Below are positions 1-10,306 of a DNA stretch of 64,000 nucleotides, in pieces (the stretch's first letter is position 1; each line of letters begins with the position of its first letter). The notes under the pieces are model-generated. The model did no database searches. It was given only the letters and a program-made list of their open reading frames with translations, and had not been told where the DNA came from. The translations under genes were made by a program, and so were the position numbers. The DNA comes from a virus: IMG/VR virus record IMGVR_UViG_3300046171_000138; one strand, given 5' to 3'.

Positions 1-783
1 GATAAATGTGTTCGTGAAGAAAATAAATTCATGTTCCATAAACGATTCTCTCTCCTGAATTTGTTGTCATCTCGTACAAACAGTAAGAATTTTGATCGCC
101 AGTGTCGTAATATTTTTCGCATTGGTTTCTTTATGAACTCTTATGGCGTTATTACACCCCCTGGTCTGGATTTGAGTGGCACTCCGCTTAATGAATCTAT
201 CATTGCGATGCATGAAATCATTCCAATGTTCAAGAAAATGACTGGTGTTCAGAAAATTAACACTGTAATTCTCACTGATGGTGAGTCAAATAATATCAGC
301 TACAATGTTTGTATTGGTAAAGGTAGTGAGTATACTTACTGGGGTCAACGTGCTGTTGATGGTGATGTTCATCTTCGTGATCGCAAGACTGGTCATGTCT
401 ACAGACGACGTGGATCCAATTTTAACGACTGCATCACTACCATTTTGCTTGAGAACTTAAGTCATAATTTTCCTGAAGTGAACTTTCTTGGTTTCCGAAT
501 TCTAACTGGGGGTGATTTTTCATACCTGTATAGAAATACATATAATGAAAGTTCTGATAACGTTCTTAAGAAGTGGAGGAAAGATAAATCTTTTGTGTTT
601 AAGAAACAACTTGGGTATAATTCTCTGTACTTAATTGCATCTACTTCAATGAATAAATCAACAGATTTTGAGGTTTCTAATGATGCTACCAAAGCACAGA
701 TTGCTAAAGCATTTAAGTCCATGCTGAAAGCAAAGACCACGAACAAGAAAATCTTGTCCTCCTTTGTCGATATGGTCGCCTGA
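1..783 (+). CDS. CobT-like/vWA-domain protein, 5'-truncated by window
   Basis: Frame open from base 1; motifs LSGTPLNE and VILTDGE are MIDAS-type vWA elements; directly upstream of the CobS-like ATPase as in cyanomyoviruses. Confidence 0.7.
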   Translation, partial: DKCVREENKFMFHKRFSLLNLLSSRTNSKNFDRQCRNIFRIGFFMNSYGVITPPGLDLSGTPLNESIIAMHEIIPMFKKMTGVQKINTVILTDGESNNISYNVCIGKGSEYTYWGQRAVDGDVHLRDRKTGHVYRRRGSNFNDCITTILLENLSHNFPEVNFLGFRILTGGDFSYLYRNTYNESSDNVLKKWRKDKSFVFKKQLGYNSLYLIASTSMNKSTDFEVSNDATKAQIAKAFKSMLKAKTTNKKILSSFVDMVA

Positions 784-852
784 CAAACCGTCCATCGCCC
801 CTGGTTTCAGGGGCACCATGCTCTATAATAAGTTCATCAACACAAGAGACCA

Positions 853-1908
853 ATGCCTCGTTCCGCTAACATCGATCCCGCTGCTCTCACACAGTATCTC
901 TCTGATAATTATGGCAATGAGTTTGGTAGTCAAGCAGTTCTGAAAGCTGCTGATGAGTTTGGAGTATCCTACCCCACCATTTGCAAACGTCTTGAGAAGT
1001 ATAAAGTTAGTTACGGTAAATGGAGTCTCACTGCCGAGCAACTTGAGCAACAATACCAAGCACCTACCGCACAACCCGCTGTCGAACTGAACCTTATTCC
1101 TGAAAAAGATGATTCCTTCATCCAGTTTGGTGACTTCTCTGATATTAAAAAAATTATTAAGTCCCGTCTCTTCTACCCTACGTTTATCACGGGTCTTTCG
1201 GGCAACGGTAAAACGTTTGGTGTCGAACAAGCGTGTGCTCAACTTGGACGAGAACTCATTCGAGTCAACATCACAGTAGAAACAGATGAAGATGATCTTA
1301 TTGGCGGTTTCCGTTTGGTTGACGGTAATACTGTCTGGCACAATGGTCCTGTCATTGAAGCTCTTGAGCGGGGTGCTGTTCTCCTTCTGGATGAAATTGA
1401 TCTGGCATCCAACAAAATCCTTTGTCTCCAATCTATCCTTGAGGGTAAAGGTATCTTCTTGAAAAAGATTGGTAAGTTTGTGCAACCTACAGAAGGATTT
1501 ACTGTTCTTGCTACTGCTAATACCAAAGGTAAAGGTAGTGATGATGGTCGTTTCATCGGTACTAACGTATTGAACGAAGCATTCCTTGAGCGTTTCTGTG
1601 TCACCTTTGAGCAAGAGTATCCTACTCCTGCTGTGGAGGCAAAGATTCTTTTGAAACTCTGTGATGATGGACAGTTCGTTGAAAAACTAGTAGACTGGGC
1701 AGACATCATTCGCAAGACTTTTAAAGACGGTGGTATTGATGAGGTCATCAGCACCCGTCGCCTGGTCCACATCGTCCAAGCTTTCAAGATCTTCGGTAAG
1801 CGTATGAAGTCTATCGAAGTCTGCACCAATCGTTTCGACGAAGAAACTAAAACATCATTCATTGAACTCTATGACAAAATTGATGAAAATGCCGAACAAG
1901 ATTCATAA
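853..1908 (+). CDS. cobS: CobS-like MoxR-family AAA+ ATPase
   Basis: Walker A GLSGNGKT, Walker B LLLDEID, ATANTKG, NEAFLERF. Confidence 0.9.
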   Translation: MPRSANIDPAALTQYLSDNYGNEFGSQAVLKAADEFGVSYPTICKRLEKYKVSYGKWSLTAEQLEQQYQAPTAQPAVELNLIPEKDDSFIQFGDFSDIKKIIKSRLFYPTFITGLSGNGKTFGVEQACAQLGRELIRVNITVETDEDDLIGGFRLVDGNTVWHNGPVIEALERGAVLLLDEIDLASNKILCLQSILEGKGIFLKKIGKFVQPTEGFTVLATANTKGKGSDDGRFIGTNVLNEAFLERFCVTFEQEYPTPAVEAKILLKLCDDGQFVEKLVDWADIIRKTFKDGGIDEVISTRRLVHIVQAFKIFGKRMKSIEVCTNRFDEETKTSFIELYDKIDENAEQDS

Positions 1909-2053
1909 TTACATCGGCAGTATTGCAATGCTGGATACTGGTAATTCAGTCAAAATCCTCGGTGGTACGGGTCGTGAACTCTATGTTCAGACCCTTGACG
2001 GATCCATTCAGAGGTGCTATCATAGTCAATTGAGGTACATCTACAAAGCATGA
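1889..2053 (+). CDS. small hypothetical protein
   Basis: ATG at 1889 (MPNKIH); ATGA overlap with next gene. Confidence 0.55.
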   Translation: MPNKIHNYIGSIAMLDTGNSVKILGGTGRELYVQTLDGSIQRCYHSQLRYIYKA

Positions 2054-2337
2054 CTTTGAAATATAATGAAGAAGCTCTTCTCAAAGAGCTACGTGACTAC
2101 ATTACTGGAACCTATGGACAACACTATTCAGCAGGTAATGACGCAATTCAGACGTTAGATCTAATTGAAGCTTGTGGTGATGCAGAAGCATTCTGCCGCT
2201 CTAACATTCTGAAGTATGCTTCACGGTATGATAAGAAAGGAACTGCCCGTCGTGACATCATTAAGATCCTTCACTACGGTCTTCTCCTCCTTCACTTCTC
2301 CGACAAATCTCAAATTACTGAAACATATTCTCAATGA
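2050..2337 (+). CDS. DUF3310-like conserved phage protein
   Basis: HY...IQTLDLI...FCRSNILKYASRYDKKG...DIIKILHY pattern. Confidence 0.7.
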   Translation: MTLKYNEEALLKELRDYITGTYGQHYSAGNDAIQTLDLIEACGDAEAFCRSNILKYASRYDKKGTARRDIIKILHYGLLLLHFSDKSQITETYSQ

Positions 2338-2999
2338 GCAAACTCATTTTATCTAATGACACTCACGCAATCCTGAAGAACTTTGCTACAATCAATAGTT
2401 CTATCATGATTCGTCAAGGAAATACTCTGAAGACTATTAGCGTGGGTGAGAACTCTATTGCAGAGTTCAATTGTGAAGAGACTTTTCCACAGAGCTTTGG
2501 TATCTATGATCTGTCAGAATTTCTGACTGGCATGAGCTTGTTTGATTCTCCTGTTCTGGAGTTTGCCGAGCAGCATGTCAATATCATTGGTAATGGTCGT
2601 AAGGCACGTTACTATTTTTCTAACCCAGAGATTACTCTCAAGGCAGCTCCAGAAAAGAATGTCCAATTCCCTGGTGCTGATATTGAGTTCAACATTTCTG
2701 CTGAAGATATCAAGGCATTGAAGACTGCCAGCATGGTATACAGTCTCCCAGATTTGTCTTTCACTTCTGATGAAAGTGGAAGCATTGCAATCAAACTCTT
2801 CAACAAAGAAGATGAGACTAGCAATGTATACGAGCAAACTGTCACTGGAAACTCCACAGGCATTCATAATCTTTGTATGAAGATGGATAACCTCCGACTT
2901 CACAACGGTGATTATCATGTAGAAGTCTCCGATAAACTAGTGAGCATGTGGAAGCATCAACGTCTTGACTTGAAGTATTTTATTGCACTTGAACCTTGA
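2334..2999 (+). CDS. g45: DNA polymerase sliding clamp
   Basis: LKNFATINSSI, FGIYDLSEFL, C-terminal YFIALE; position before gp44. Confidence 0.93.
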   Translation: MSKLILSNDTHAILKNFATINSSIMIRQGNTLKTISVGENSIAEFNCEETFPQSFGIYDLSEFLTGMSLFDSPVLEFAEQHVNIIGNGRKARYYFSNPEITLKAAPEKNVQFPGADIEFNISAEDIKALKTASMVYSLPDLSFTSDESGSIAIKLFNKEDETSNVYEQTVTGNSTGIHNLCMKMDNLRLHNGDYHVEVSDKLVSMWKHQRLDLKYFIALEP

Positions 3000-3943
3000 T
3001 GAACAAGAAATTTTTATGGGTGGAAGAGTATCGTCCTCGTACAATTGATGATTGTATTCTTCCTGCGAGCATTCTCAACGTGTTCAAAGGTTTTGTTGAA
3101 CAGGGTGAACTCCCTAACCTGCTGCTACCTGGTACTGCAGGCATCGGCAAGACCACTGTTGCGAAAGCATTGTGTGAAGAAATTGGAGCTTCATACATTG
3201 TAGTTAATGGTAGTGACGAGGGTCGCTTCCTAGACACCATTCGACAGAAGGTGCGTACATTTGCTAGCACTGTCTCTCTGTCCTCTAGCAGCGCCCACAA
3301 GGTCGTTATTATCGATGAGGCAGACAACACCACTAGTGATGTTCAACTGTCCTTGAGGACCGCTATCGAAGAGTTCCACAGTAACTGTCGGTTCATCTTC
3401 ACCTGCAACTTCCCGAACAAGATCATTGAACCACTGCATTCTCGATGCACTGTGGTTGATTTCAGGATCAAGAACGAGGATAAGATGCAGATGCAAGGCA
3501 GGTTCTTCCATCGTCTTAAGTATATCCTTGATCAAAATGAGGTAAAGTATGACGATAAAGTTCTTGTCAAGCTTATTCAGAGATACTATCCTGACTGGCG
3601 TCGTCTGATCAATGAGTGTCAGCGTCATGCTGCTGGTGGTAAGATTGATGTAGATATCCTATGTGATATTGCAGATATCAAACTGGATGACCTCGTTAAG
3701 GCGATGAAGAAGAAAGAGTTTACTACTATCAAAAGGTGGGTAGTAGAAAATACTGACAATGATCCAAACATTGTCATGCGTAAAATTTATGATATCCTTT
3801 ATGATAATCTTAAAGGAACATCTATACCTGAAGCAGTTCTGGTCCTTGCCAAGTACCAGTATCAAATTGCTTTTGTTGCCGACCAGGAGATCAACCTGTT
3901 GGCATGTTTAACAGAAATTATGCTAGGATGCGAATTTAAATGA
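2996..3943 (+). CDS. g44: clamp loader large subunit
   Basis: LWVEEYRP, GTAGIGKT, IIDEAD, PLHSRC. Confidence 0.95.
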   Translation: MMNKKFLWVEEYRPRTIDDCILPASILNVFKGFVEQGELPNLLLPGTAGIGKTTVAKALCEEIGASYIVVNGSDEGRFLDTIRQKVRTFASTVSLSSSSAHKVVIIDEADNTTSDVQLSLRTAIEEFHSNCRFIFTCNFPNKIIEPLHSRCTVVDFRIKNEDKMQMQGRFFHRLKYILDQNEVKYDDKVLVKLIQRYYPDWRRLINECQRHAAGGKIDVDILCDIADIKLDDLVKAMKKKEFTTIKRWVVENTDNDPNIVMRKIYDILYDNLKGTSIPEAVLVLAKYQYQIAFVADQEINLLACLTEIMLGCEFK

Positions 3944-4221
3944 CTGTACTAATGCGACTCTACTCTGGTGAAGATATTATCTGCCAGATCAAAGAAGAAA
4001 ATGACGAACGCTACATCGTAGAAAATGTTGTAGTTGCTGTTCCTATGGAACGTGGACAACTGTCTTTTGCTCCATGGTCTCCTCTCGCCAAAGAAGGTAT
4101 TCCTCTGACTATCACCAAGAATTATGTGGTGTATCAGACAGAGCTGAATGAAGACCTGGTGGTGCAATATGAAGGACTCTTTTCTAAAGTAATTACTCCT
4201 CAAAAGAAACTGATTGTCTGA
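3940..4221 (+). CDS. hypothetical protein
   Basis: 93-aa ORF coupled by overlaps to both neighbours. Confidence 0.7.
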   Translation: MTVLMRLYSGEDIICQIKEENDERYIVENVVVAVPMERGQLSFAPWSPLAKEGIPLTITKNYVVYQTELNEDLVVQYEGLFSKVITPQKKLIV

Positions 4222-4439
4222 TGCAAGTACCAAGCAAAGAAGAGCTCACACATTTTAAGATTCAAGCAGCAATGCGAGAAAACTTATTCCCTGAAGATCA
4301 AATCAAATATCTTGGTGAACGCGCAGGTCATCATTGGTATTTGATTGCTGGTGAGCATGAAGTATCTGCAAATCAAATAGAGGATTTTGAAAATGTCCAT
4401 GAAGAAGACAACCCCACAGAACGTTCAGGAAGCAAATGA
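4221..4439 (+). CDS. hypothetical protein
   Basis: 72-aa ORF, TGATG overlap. Confidence 0.65.
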   Translation: MQVPSKEELTHFKIQAAMRENLFPEDQIKYLGERAGHHWYLIAGEHEVSANQIEDFENVHEEDNPTERSGSK

Positions 4440-4659
4440 AGCATTGTTTCATGCTACAATGAACCTACCCCATGCTGCTGCTCATTGTGGAATGACAGAG
4501 CGTGAAATGAAAATGATCTTTCGTGAGTACCTTAAATATCATGCCCCAGACATTGAAGTCGTTAAAGACACCGTTGAGGTATCCAGGAGGAAAGAGCAGA
4601 GCGTTAAGCAAACTGTTCCAGTACCTCCCAGACCTTTCCCAGGCAAAAGAGTATCGTGA
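4399..4659 (+). CDS. hypothetical protein (3' part overlaps dam)
   Basis: ATG 4399 MKKTTPQNVQEANEALF; last ~119 nt overlap dam in another frame. Confidence 0.6.
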   Translation: MKKTTPQNVQEANEALFHATMNLPHAAAHCGMTEREMKMIFREYLKYHAPDIEVVKDTVEVSRRKEQSVKQTVPVPPRPFPGKRVS

Positions 4660-5380
4660 ACCATTCATTGGTGGTGGTTCTGTTGCCATTGAAATTGGTA
4701 AACGATATCCAAACCTAGACATCTGGGTCAATGATCTGTACGAACCACTCTATAACTTTTGGAGAGAACTCCAGGAGAATGGTAGAGAGATGCGGGATCA
4801 GTTGGTACAACTGAAGCAACGTTATTGTGAACCAGTATCAGCTAAAGTATTATTTCAGCAAGCTAAAGGAAAAGTAAACGATGATCAGACATCCAATTTA
4901 TCTCGTGCTGTTGCTTTTTACGTTGTTAACAAGTGCTCTTTTTCTGGTCTCACTGAATCCAGTTCCTTCTCAAAGCAGGCTTCAGAGAGCAATTTCTCAA
5001 TGCGAGGCATTGATAAACTCCCAGACTATTCGTTGATGATCAAGAAGTGGAAAATTACTAACTTATCTTATGAAGAGCTCTTCACCGACAATCGAGATAC
5101 CTTCATCTATCTCGACCCCCCATATGATATTAGAGATAACCTCTATGGACGGCGGGGGAATATGCACAAGTCCTTCTGTCATGATACCTTTGCTAGTGAC
5201 TGTGATCGTTTCATCTGTCCTCAACTTGTATCTTACAATTCGTCTCAACTGGTCAAAGATCGGTTCCAAGGGTGGACAGTAGGAGAATTTGCACACACTT
5301 ACACCATGAGGAGCGTGGGGAGTTATAATACAGATCAAGCAGCTCGCAAGGAACTCGTCCTAACCAACTATGAAATGTGA
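4541..5380 (+). CDS. dam: DNA adenine methyltransferase (D12 class)
   Basis: LRYPGGKS, EPFIGGGSV, WVNDL, catalytic DPPY. Confidence 0.92.
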   Translation: MPQTLKSLKTPLRYPGGKSRALSKLFQYLPDLSQAKEYREPFIGGGSVAIEIGKRYPNLDIWVNDLYEPLYNFWRELQENGREMRDQLVQLKQRYCEPVSAKVLFQQAKGKVNDDQTSNLSRAVAFYVVNKCSFSGLTESSSFSKQASESNFSMRGIDKLPDYSLMIKKWKITNLSYEELFTDNRDTFIYLDPPYDIRDNLYGRRGNMHKSFCHDTFASDCDRFICPQLVSYNSSQLVKDRFQGWTVGEFAHTYTMRSVGSYNTDQAARKELVLTNYEM

Positions 5381-5510
5381 AGTCACCCTATTCATCGCAG
5401 GCACCATCTTCAAAGAAGAGGTGATTGCACGTAACTATGAAGACGCACGTCGGACTGCGCTTGCCAGAAATCCTACCGCTAAAGTGATGAGTGTTAATGT
5501 TAAATTATGA
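5370..5510 (+). CDS. small hypothetical protein, 46 aa (not in ORF track)
   Basis: Manual translation MKCEVTLFIAGTIFKEEVIARNYEDARRTALARNPTAKVMSVNVKL; ATGA overlap with g62. Confidence 0.7.
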   Translation: MKCEVTLFIAGTIFKEEVIARNYEDARRTALARNPTAKVMSVNVKL

Positions 5511-5893
5511 GTTATAAACTTACTGATTATTTGTATTCAATTAATCAGTCTAAAAAGAATATAATGCGTGAAGATAAGGATGCTGTGAAAGGTTATCCTC
5601 CCTTCATCATTAACAAGTGCATGTCGCATCATATCGATTCGATACTGTACGCCAATGAAATGAATATGCATCCTGAATTAGACAAAGAGATGCAATATGA
5701 TTTTTTTATAAATAGTTTGAAACCTAGGAAGCGTTTCGCTCCTTGGGCGAAGAAGGAAACTCTTGAGCATCTTGACTTGGTGAAGCAATATTATGGATAT
5801 AACCATAACAAAGCACTTGCCGCTTTAAGAATTCTCACGAATTCTGATCTTGAAAAAATAGCAAAACTATTAGATACAGGCGGAACAAGATGA
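5507..5893 (+). CDS. g62: clamp loader small subunit
   Basis: YPPFIINKCMS, QYDFF, VKQYYGYN; position before regA. Confidence 0.9.
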   Translation: MSYKLTDYLYSINQSKKNIMREDKDAVKGYPPFIINKCMSHHIDSILYANEMNMHPELDKEMQYDFFINSLKPRKRFAPWAKKETLEHLDLVKQYYGYNHNKALAALRILTNSDLEKIAKLLDTGGTR

Positions 5894-6312
5894 GCACTGA
5901 AATTGAAGTACAATGGCAACCTTCTGATATGGTGGAAGTGAGTCTGTCTGAACCAGACGATTTTCTGAAGGTTCGTGAGACACTAACCCGTATTGGTGTT
6001 GCTTCAAGAAAAGAACGCAAGCTATATCAATCATGTCATATTCTGCACAAGCAGGGTAGATATTACATCGTTCATTTTAAAGAGTTGTTTGCATTGGATG
6101 GCAAAAAAACAAACTTTACTGTTAATGATGTTCAACGAAGGAATCGTATTACCCAACTGTTGTCAGACTGGGGTCTCGTATCTGTAGTCGAAGCAGAACG
6201 CATTGAAGACATTGCACCCTTGAATCAAATTAAGGTGCTATCATTTAAAGATAAAGACGATTGGATCCTAGAATCCAAATACAATATCGGTCGCAAGAAA
6301 ACCGAGGTGTAG
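5890..6312 (+). CDS. regA: translational repressor RegA
   Basis: DDFLKVRETLTRIGVAS, LYQSCHILHKQG, YYIVHFKELF. Confidence 0.95.
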   Translation: MSTEIEVQWQPSDMVEVSLSEPDDFLKVRETLTRIGVASRKERKLYQSCHILHKQGRYYIVHFKELFALDGKKTNFTVNDVQRRNRITQLLSDWGLVSVVEAERIEDIAPLNQIKVLSFKDKDDWILESKYNIGRKKTEV

Positions 6313-6324
6313 TAAACTAATCTT

Positions 6325-6356
6325 AAAAGTGTGGTAAATACTACCACACTTTTTTT
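6325..6356 (+). terminator. intrinsic terminator after regA (TAAATA at stem/loop)
   Basis: AAAAGTGTGGTA-AATAC-TACCACACTTTT followed by a T run. Confidence 0.8.
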
Positions 6357-6365
6357 ATGTGCTTT

Positions 6366-6467
6366 TATAATTAATATTGTAGAAGGAGAGGGACCTAGGT
6401 CCCCCTTTTACGCCAACGGATGCCTTCGGGGTCCACACAAAAACACTCGCTAATATAGGAGTTACTA
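6366..6467 (+). promoter_or_regulatory. hsp20 leader: TATAATTA promoter, palindrome, UUCG hairpin, SD
   Basis: TATAATTA 6366-6373; palindrome GGGACCTAGGTCCC 6390-6403; GGATGCC-TTCG-GGGTCC 6418-6434; AGGAG 6457-6461. Confidence 0.6.
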
Positions 6468-6902
6468 ATGGATAAGTTTGCATGGGATTTATATTCCCCA
6501 CACTTTGTAGGGCTCGATGATATCTTTCATCGTCTAGATAGTATGTCAAATCATAATACAAACTACCCCCCTTACAATTTAATCAAGCATGACAACAGTA
6601 AGTATACTATTGAAATCGCTTTGGCAGGATTTAAACCAGAGGAGATTGAAGTATCTACAGAATCAAACATTCTCAAAGTTGCCACGAAAAATACAAGAAG
6701 AGATCCTGATGTCCAGTATCTCCACCGTGGAGTATCAAAGCGTTCCTTTATTAATACGTGGCAACTCGCGGACGATGTTAAAATTGGAGAGGTTACGTTC
6801 CTAGATGGTCTATTAATTGTTCACTTGAACAAATATATTCCAGAGCATCAAAGAAAAATTGTTTATGATATTGCTGGTACTAAAGAATTATTGTTAGAAT
6901 GA
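6468..6902 (+). CDS. hsp20: small heat shock protein
   Basis: NYPPYNL, IEIALAGF, YLHRGVSKRSF, DGLL alpha-crystallin pattern. Confidence 0.93.
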   Translation: MDKFAWDLYSPHFVGLDDIFHRLDSMSNHNTNYPPYNLIKHDNSKYTIEIALAGFKPEEIEVSTESNILKVATKNTRRDPDVQYLHRGVSKRSFINTWQLADDVKIGEVTFLDGLLIVHLNKYIPEHQRKIVYDIAGTKELLLE

Positions 6903-7090
6903 AATCATTAATTATCCACTTGGTAGCCTTCTGGAATGTTGCGGTAGTTAACTGCGTCCAACCACCCAATTGGCAGTATTGTTATCGAGTGGATCAATGG
7001 TTGATACCTGAAATGATTGAAGGATATAAACTTTGGTCTGGTCAAACTAAAATATATGAGAACGAAAAAGAATATCTCATTACTAAATAA
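6899..7090 (+). CDS. hypothetical protein
   Basis: 63-aa ORF with ATGA overlap. Confidence 0.6.
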   Translation: MKSLIIHLVAFWNVAVVNCVQPPNWQYCYRVDQWLIPEMIEGYKLWSGQTKIYENEKEYLITK

Positions 7091-7131
7091 AGACATATCG
7101 TCGCCGCACGGGGGTAACTGGCAAAATCCAG

Positions 7132-7160
7132 TTGACACCCCCATTTTTTTGTGGTAAAAT
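7132..7160 (+). promoter_or_regulatory. sigma70-type promoter overlapping a terminator-like hairpin
   Basis: TTGACA 7132-7137, 17 nt, TAAAAT 7155-7160 with extended TG. Confidence 0.75.
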
Positions 7161-7184
7161 AAAGCAGTTCAATACTTTTCTATT

Positions 7185-7592
7185 ATGGCAAACGCAATCG
7201 TAGTCCTGTCTGGTTCACACGAACGTCTCATTTGTGACCTTCAGGAAGTACGTGAAGGAGATGACAAAGAGGGTAAGCCCATTTGTCTCATCATGATTCG
7301 ACCATACACTTTGAACCTAGAACCAGGAAATGGGACAGGTAATCAAGAAGTGCAAGTTCGATTCAATAAGTGGCTTCCATTCTCTATTGATACACAATTT
7401 AAAATTCCATTCTCTTCAGTAACATGTGTTGGAGCAGTGGATCCTGGTTTGGAAGAAGCTTATACAAGAACTGTAGAGCAAGCAGTAGCACAAGAACAAG
7501 CACAGATGGAAGCGATGGCAGCAGCTGCTGCTGACACTGGATTTGTTCCAGCAGTTGAGGAGGTAACTAATGCTGAAGCTCCTGCGGTTTGA
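7185..7592 (+). CDS. hypothetical protein upstream of g43
   Basis: 135-aa ORF behind early promoter. Confidence 0.75.
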   Translation: MANAIVVLSGSHERLICDLQEVREGDDKEGKPICLIMIRPYTLNLEPGNGTGNQEVQVRFNKWLPFSIDTQFKIPFSSVTCVGAVDPGLEEAYTRTVEQAVAQEQAQMEAMAAAAADTGFVPAVEEVTNAEAPAV

Positions 7593-7815
7593 GAGTCGCT
7601 GGTTAGTCAGCGAAGTTGAAGAGATTCCTGGAGTTGAGTTCGGGGATCCCGATTGTGTGCTAAAATACCCCTGTGAGGTGACGGAAGATGGTCTTACTAC
7701 CTTCCCACCTTTCTCCGATGACCGTGAGTTGGCGGTCAGGTCTTCAGACATCACCTTGATTGCTGAACCTGACAGCAAAACCGCATCGCTTTTTTACGAA
7801 ATCAAATCTGAATGA
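7570..7815 (+). CDS. hypothetical protein
   Basis: 81-aa ORF, ATGA overlap with g43. Confidence 0.7.
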   Translation: MLKLLRFESRWLVSEVEEIPGVEFGDPDCVLKYPCEVTEDGLTTFPPFSDDRELAVRSSDITLIAEPDSKTASLFYEIKSE

Positions 7816-10304
7816 AGTTTTACACCAGTGTTGAGCAAACAGGCAATACGATCCTAGTCCGTGGGTATGACCACGGTCTGCCTTTTGAGGATCGTGTCAA
7901 GTTTAATCCTACACTGTTTCTTCCTTCTAGAGTGAAGGAAGAATGGAAAACACTTGACGGTCGAAGTGTGCGCCCCGTAAAGCAGGGCAGCATTGTAGAT
8001 GCAAAGTCCTTTATGGAAGCACACCGAGACCTGGAAGACTATGAAATCTGTGGTCAGACTCGTTTCCTTAATCAGTACATCTTTGAGACGTACCCTGATG
8101 AGGACATGAAGTTTGATATGAATCAGATTCGTATCTTCACTCTTGATATTGAGACGGGTGCCGAGAATGGTTTCCCTGACATCGAGTCTGCAGACCAGGA
8201 GATCCTTCTGATTAGCATTAAAGACTCTACAACGGGCAAGATCACAGTGTATGGTTCACGTCCCTTCATGAACACAGAGAAGGACGTGCAATACCTACAG
8301 TTCCAGACCGAGGAAGGTCTGCTGAAAGCATTCATTCACGACTGGCAGGCAAACTGCCCTGACGTGATCACTGGATGGAACGTACAACTGTTCGATATGC
8401 CGTATATTATTCGTCGCATAGAGCGTATCCTTGGTGAGAAAGAAGCAAAGCTTCTCTCGCCTTGGAAGAACATCTATCCACGTAGGATCTTTATCAAGGG
8501 TCGTGAGCAACTTGCTTATGATATCACTGGTGTGGCAACACTAGACTATCTTGAGTTGTATCGTAAGTTCACTTACACCAACCAAGAGTCTTATCGTCTA
8601 GATCATATTGCATTCGTAGAACTAGGTCAGAAGAAACTAGACCACAGTGAGTATGACACCTTCAAAGAGTTCTATACAAATGACTGGCAGAAGTTTGTAG
8701 AGTACAACATCATTGACGTTCGCCTGGTTGACAGGTTGGATGACAAGATGAAACTACTAGAACTAGCTGTCACCATGGCATATGATGCCAAAGTAAACTT
8801 TGAGGATGTGTATTCACAGGTCCGTATGTGGGATAACATCATCTATGTGTATCTTGCACGTCAGAAGATTGCTATTCCACCTAAACGTAAATCACAAAAG
8901 GATGCAAAGTATGCTGGAGCGTATGTTAAGGAACCTATTCCAGGGATCTATGACTGGGTGGTCAGTTTTGACCTCAACTCCCTATACCCTCACCTCATTA
9001 TGCAGTACAACCTCTCGCCAGAGACGCTGCTACCGACTCGTCACCCCAGTGCAAACGTCGAGAAACTACTTGCCAAGGAAATAGACACAAGCTCCCTGGA
9101 GGGCGTCACAGTGTGCCCTAACGGCACCTATTACAACACCAATAAGCAGGGGTTCCTTCCCAAGTTGATGGAGAAGATCTATCAGGAACGAACTATCTAC
9201 AAAAAGAAGATGCTCGCTGCCAAGCAGCAGTATGAGAAGACACCTACCGTTGCATTACAGAAAGAAATTTCTCGCTGTAATAACATTCAGATGGCAAGGA
9301 AGATCCAACTCAACTCTGCTTATGGTGCTATTGGCAATGAACACTTTCGATACTTTCGTTTGGAGATTGCTGAAGCAATCACACTATCAGGTCAGTTGTC
9401 TATCCGTTGGATTAGTGACAAGACCAATGCATACTTGAACAATATTCTGAAGACAAATGACATTGATTACGTTATTGCTTGCGACACCGATTCTATGTAT
9501 CTTAACCTCGGTCCTTTGGTGCAGAAGGTATTCGCGGGACGAGAGGCAGATGATGAAGTCATTGTTGGGTTCCTTAACAAGGTGTGTGAGGTGGAATTTG
9601 AGAAGTTTATTGAAAGTTCTTACCAAGAACTCGCCACTTATGTTCGGGCATACGCGCAGAAGATGAAGATGAAGCGGGAGAACATCGCTTCCAAGGGCAT
9701 CTGGACCGCCAAGAAACGATATATCCTCAACGTCTGGGACAGTGAGGGTGTTCGTTACTCTGAACCCAAGATGAAGATCTGTGGTATGGAGACGGCACGT
9801 TCATCTACTCCTGCGTTCTTCCGAGACAAGCTTCTGAAGGCATACACTATCATTATCAACGGTAGTAACGATGATGTTATTAAATTCATCGATGACGTGC
9901 GAGAAGAAACCAAGAAACAAGACTATCAGAACATTGCATTCCCTCGTGGTGTAAACAATCTGTCCAAGTACAAGTCAAGAACTGACATCTATTCCAAAGG
10001 TACACCTATTCACGTTAGGGGTGCTCTTTTGTACAATTTTTACGTGAGAAAACATAAGATCGAGAACAAACATGCGTTGATACAAGAGGGTGAGAAGATT
10101 AAGTTCTTATATTTGAGAACTCCTAATCCTATCATGGAGAATACTATCTCCTTTATGGGTAGAATACCCACAGAGTTTAATATCGAGAAGTACATCGATC
10201 ACAAGATGCAATTTGAGAAATCATTCTATGAACCTCTCAAAAATGTGCTAAACTGTATCGGTTGGGACTCGGAAAAAACTATTTCACTACTATCATTTCT
10301 TTAA
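7812..10304 (+). CDS. g43: family B DNA polymerase
   Basis: Exo DIET, WNVQLFD; pol [24 protein letters not shown]. Confidence 0.97.
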   Translation: MKFYTSVEQTGNTILVRGYDHGLPFEDRVKFNPTLFLPSRVKEEWKTLDGRSVRPVKQGSIVDAKSFMEAHRDLEDYEICGQTRFLNQYIFETYPDEDMKFDMNQIRIFTLDIETGAENGFPDIESADQEILLISIKDSTTGKITVYGSRPFMNTEKDVQYLQFQTEEGLLKAFIHDWQANCPDVITGWNVQLFDMPYIIRRIERILGEKEAKLLSPWKNIYPRRIFIKGREQLAYDITGVATLDYLELYRKFTYTNQESYRLDHIAFVELGQKKLDHSEYDTFKEFYTNDWQKFVEYNIIDVRLVDRLDDKMKLLELAVTMAYDAKVNFEDVYSQVRMWDNIIYVYLARQKIAIPPKRKSQKDAKYAGAYVKEPIPGIYDWVVSFDLNSLYPHLIMQYNLSPETLLPTRHPSANVEKLLAKEIDTSSLEGVTVCPNGTYYNTNKQGFLPKLMEKIYQERTIYKKKMLAAKQQYEKTPTVALQKEISRCNNIQMARKIQLNSAYGAIGNEHFRYFRLEIAEAITLSGQLSIRWISDKTNAYLNNILKTNDIDYVIACDTDSMYLNLGPLVQKVFAGREADDEVIVGFLNKVCEVEFEKFIESSYQELATYVRAYAQKMKMKRENIASKGIWTAKKRYILNVWDSEGVRYSEPKMKICGMETARSSTPAFFRDKLLKAYTIIINGSNDDVIKFIDDVREETKKQDYQNIAFPRGVNNLSKYKSRTDIYSKGTPIHVRGALLYNFYVRKHKIENKHALIQEGEKIKFLYLRTPNPIMENTISFMGRIPTEFNIEKYIDHKMQFEKSFYEPLKNVLNCIGWDSEKTISLLSFL

Positions 10305-10306
10305 TT

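Noticed and set aside
823-1614. 263-aa minus-strand ORF (and many similar antisense ORFs in the track)
   Set aside because: Shadow of a well-conserved plus-strand gene; no motifs, SD or promoter
7812-10304. Possible intein or intron in g43 (also checked nrdA, nrdB, g41, psbA)
   Set aside because: Lengths and motif spacing are normal and the frames are uninterrupted
10262-10306. Extended TTG start for uvsX (and similar extended starts for dam, nrdA, petF, g33)
   Set aside because: Downstream ATGs match conserved N-termini and avoid long overlaps
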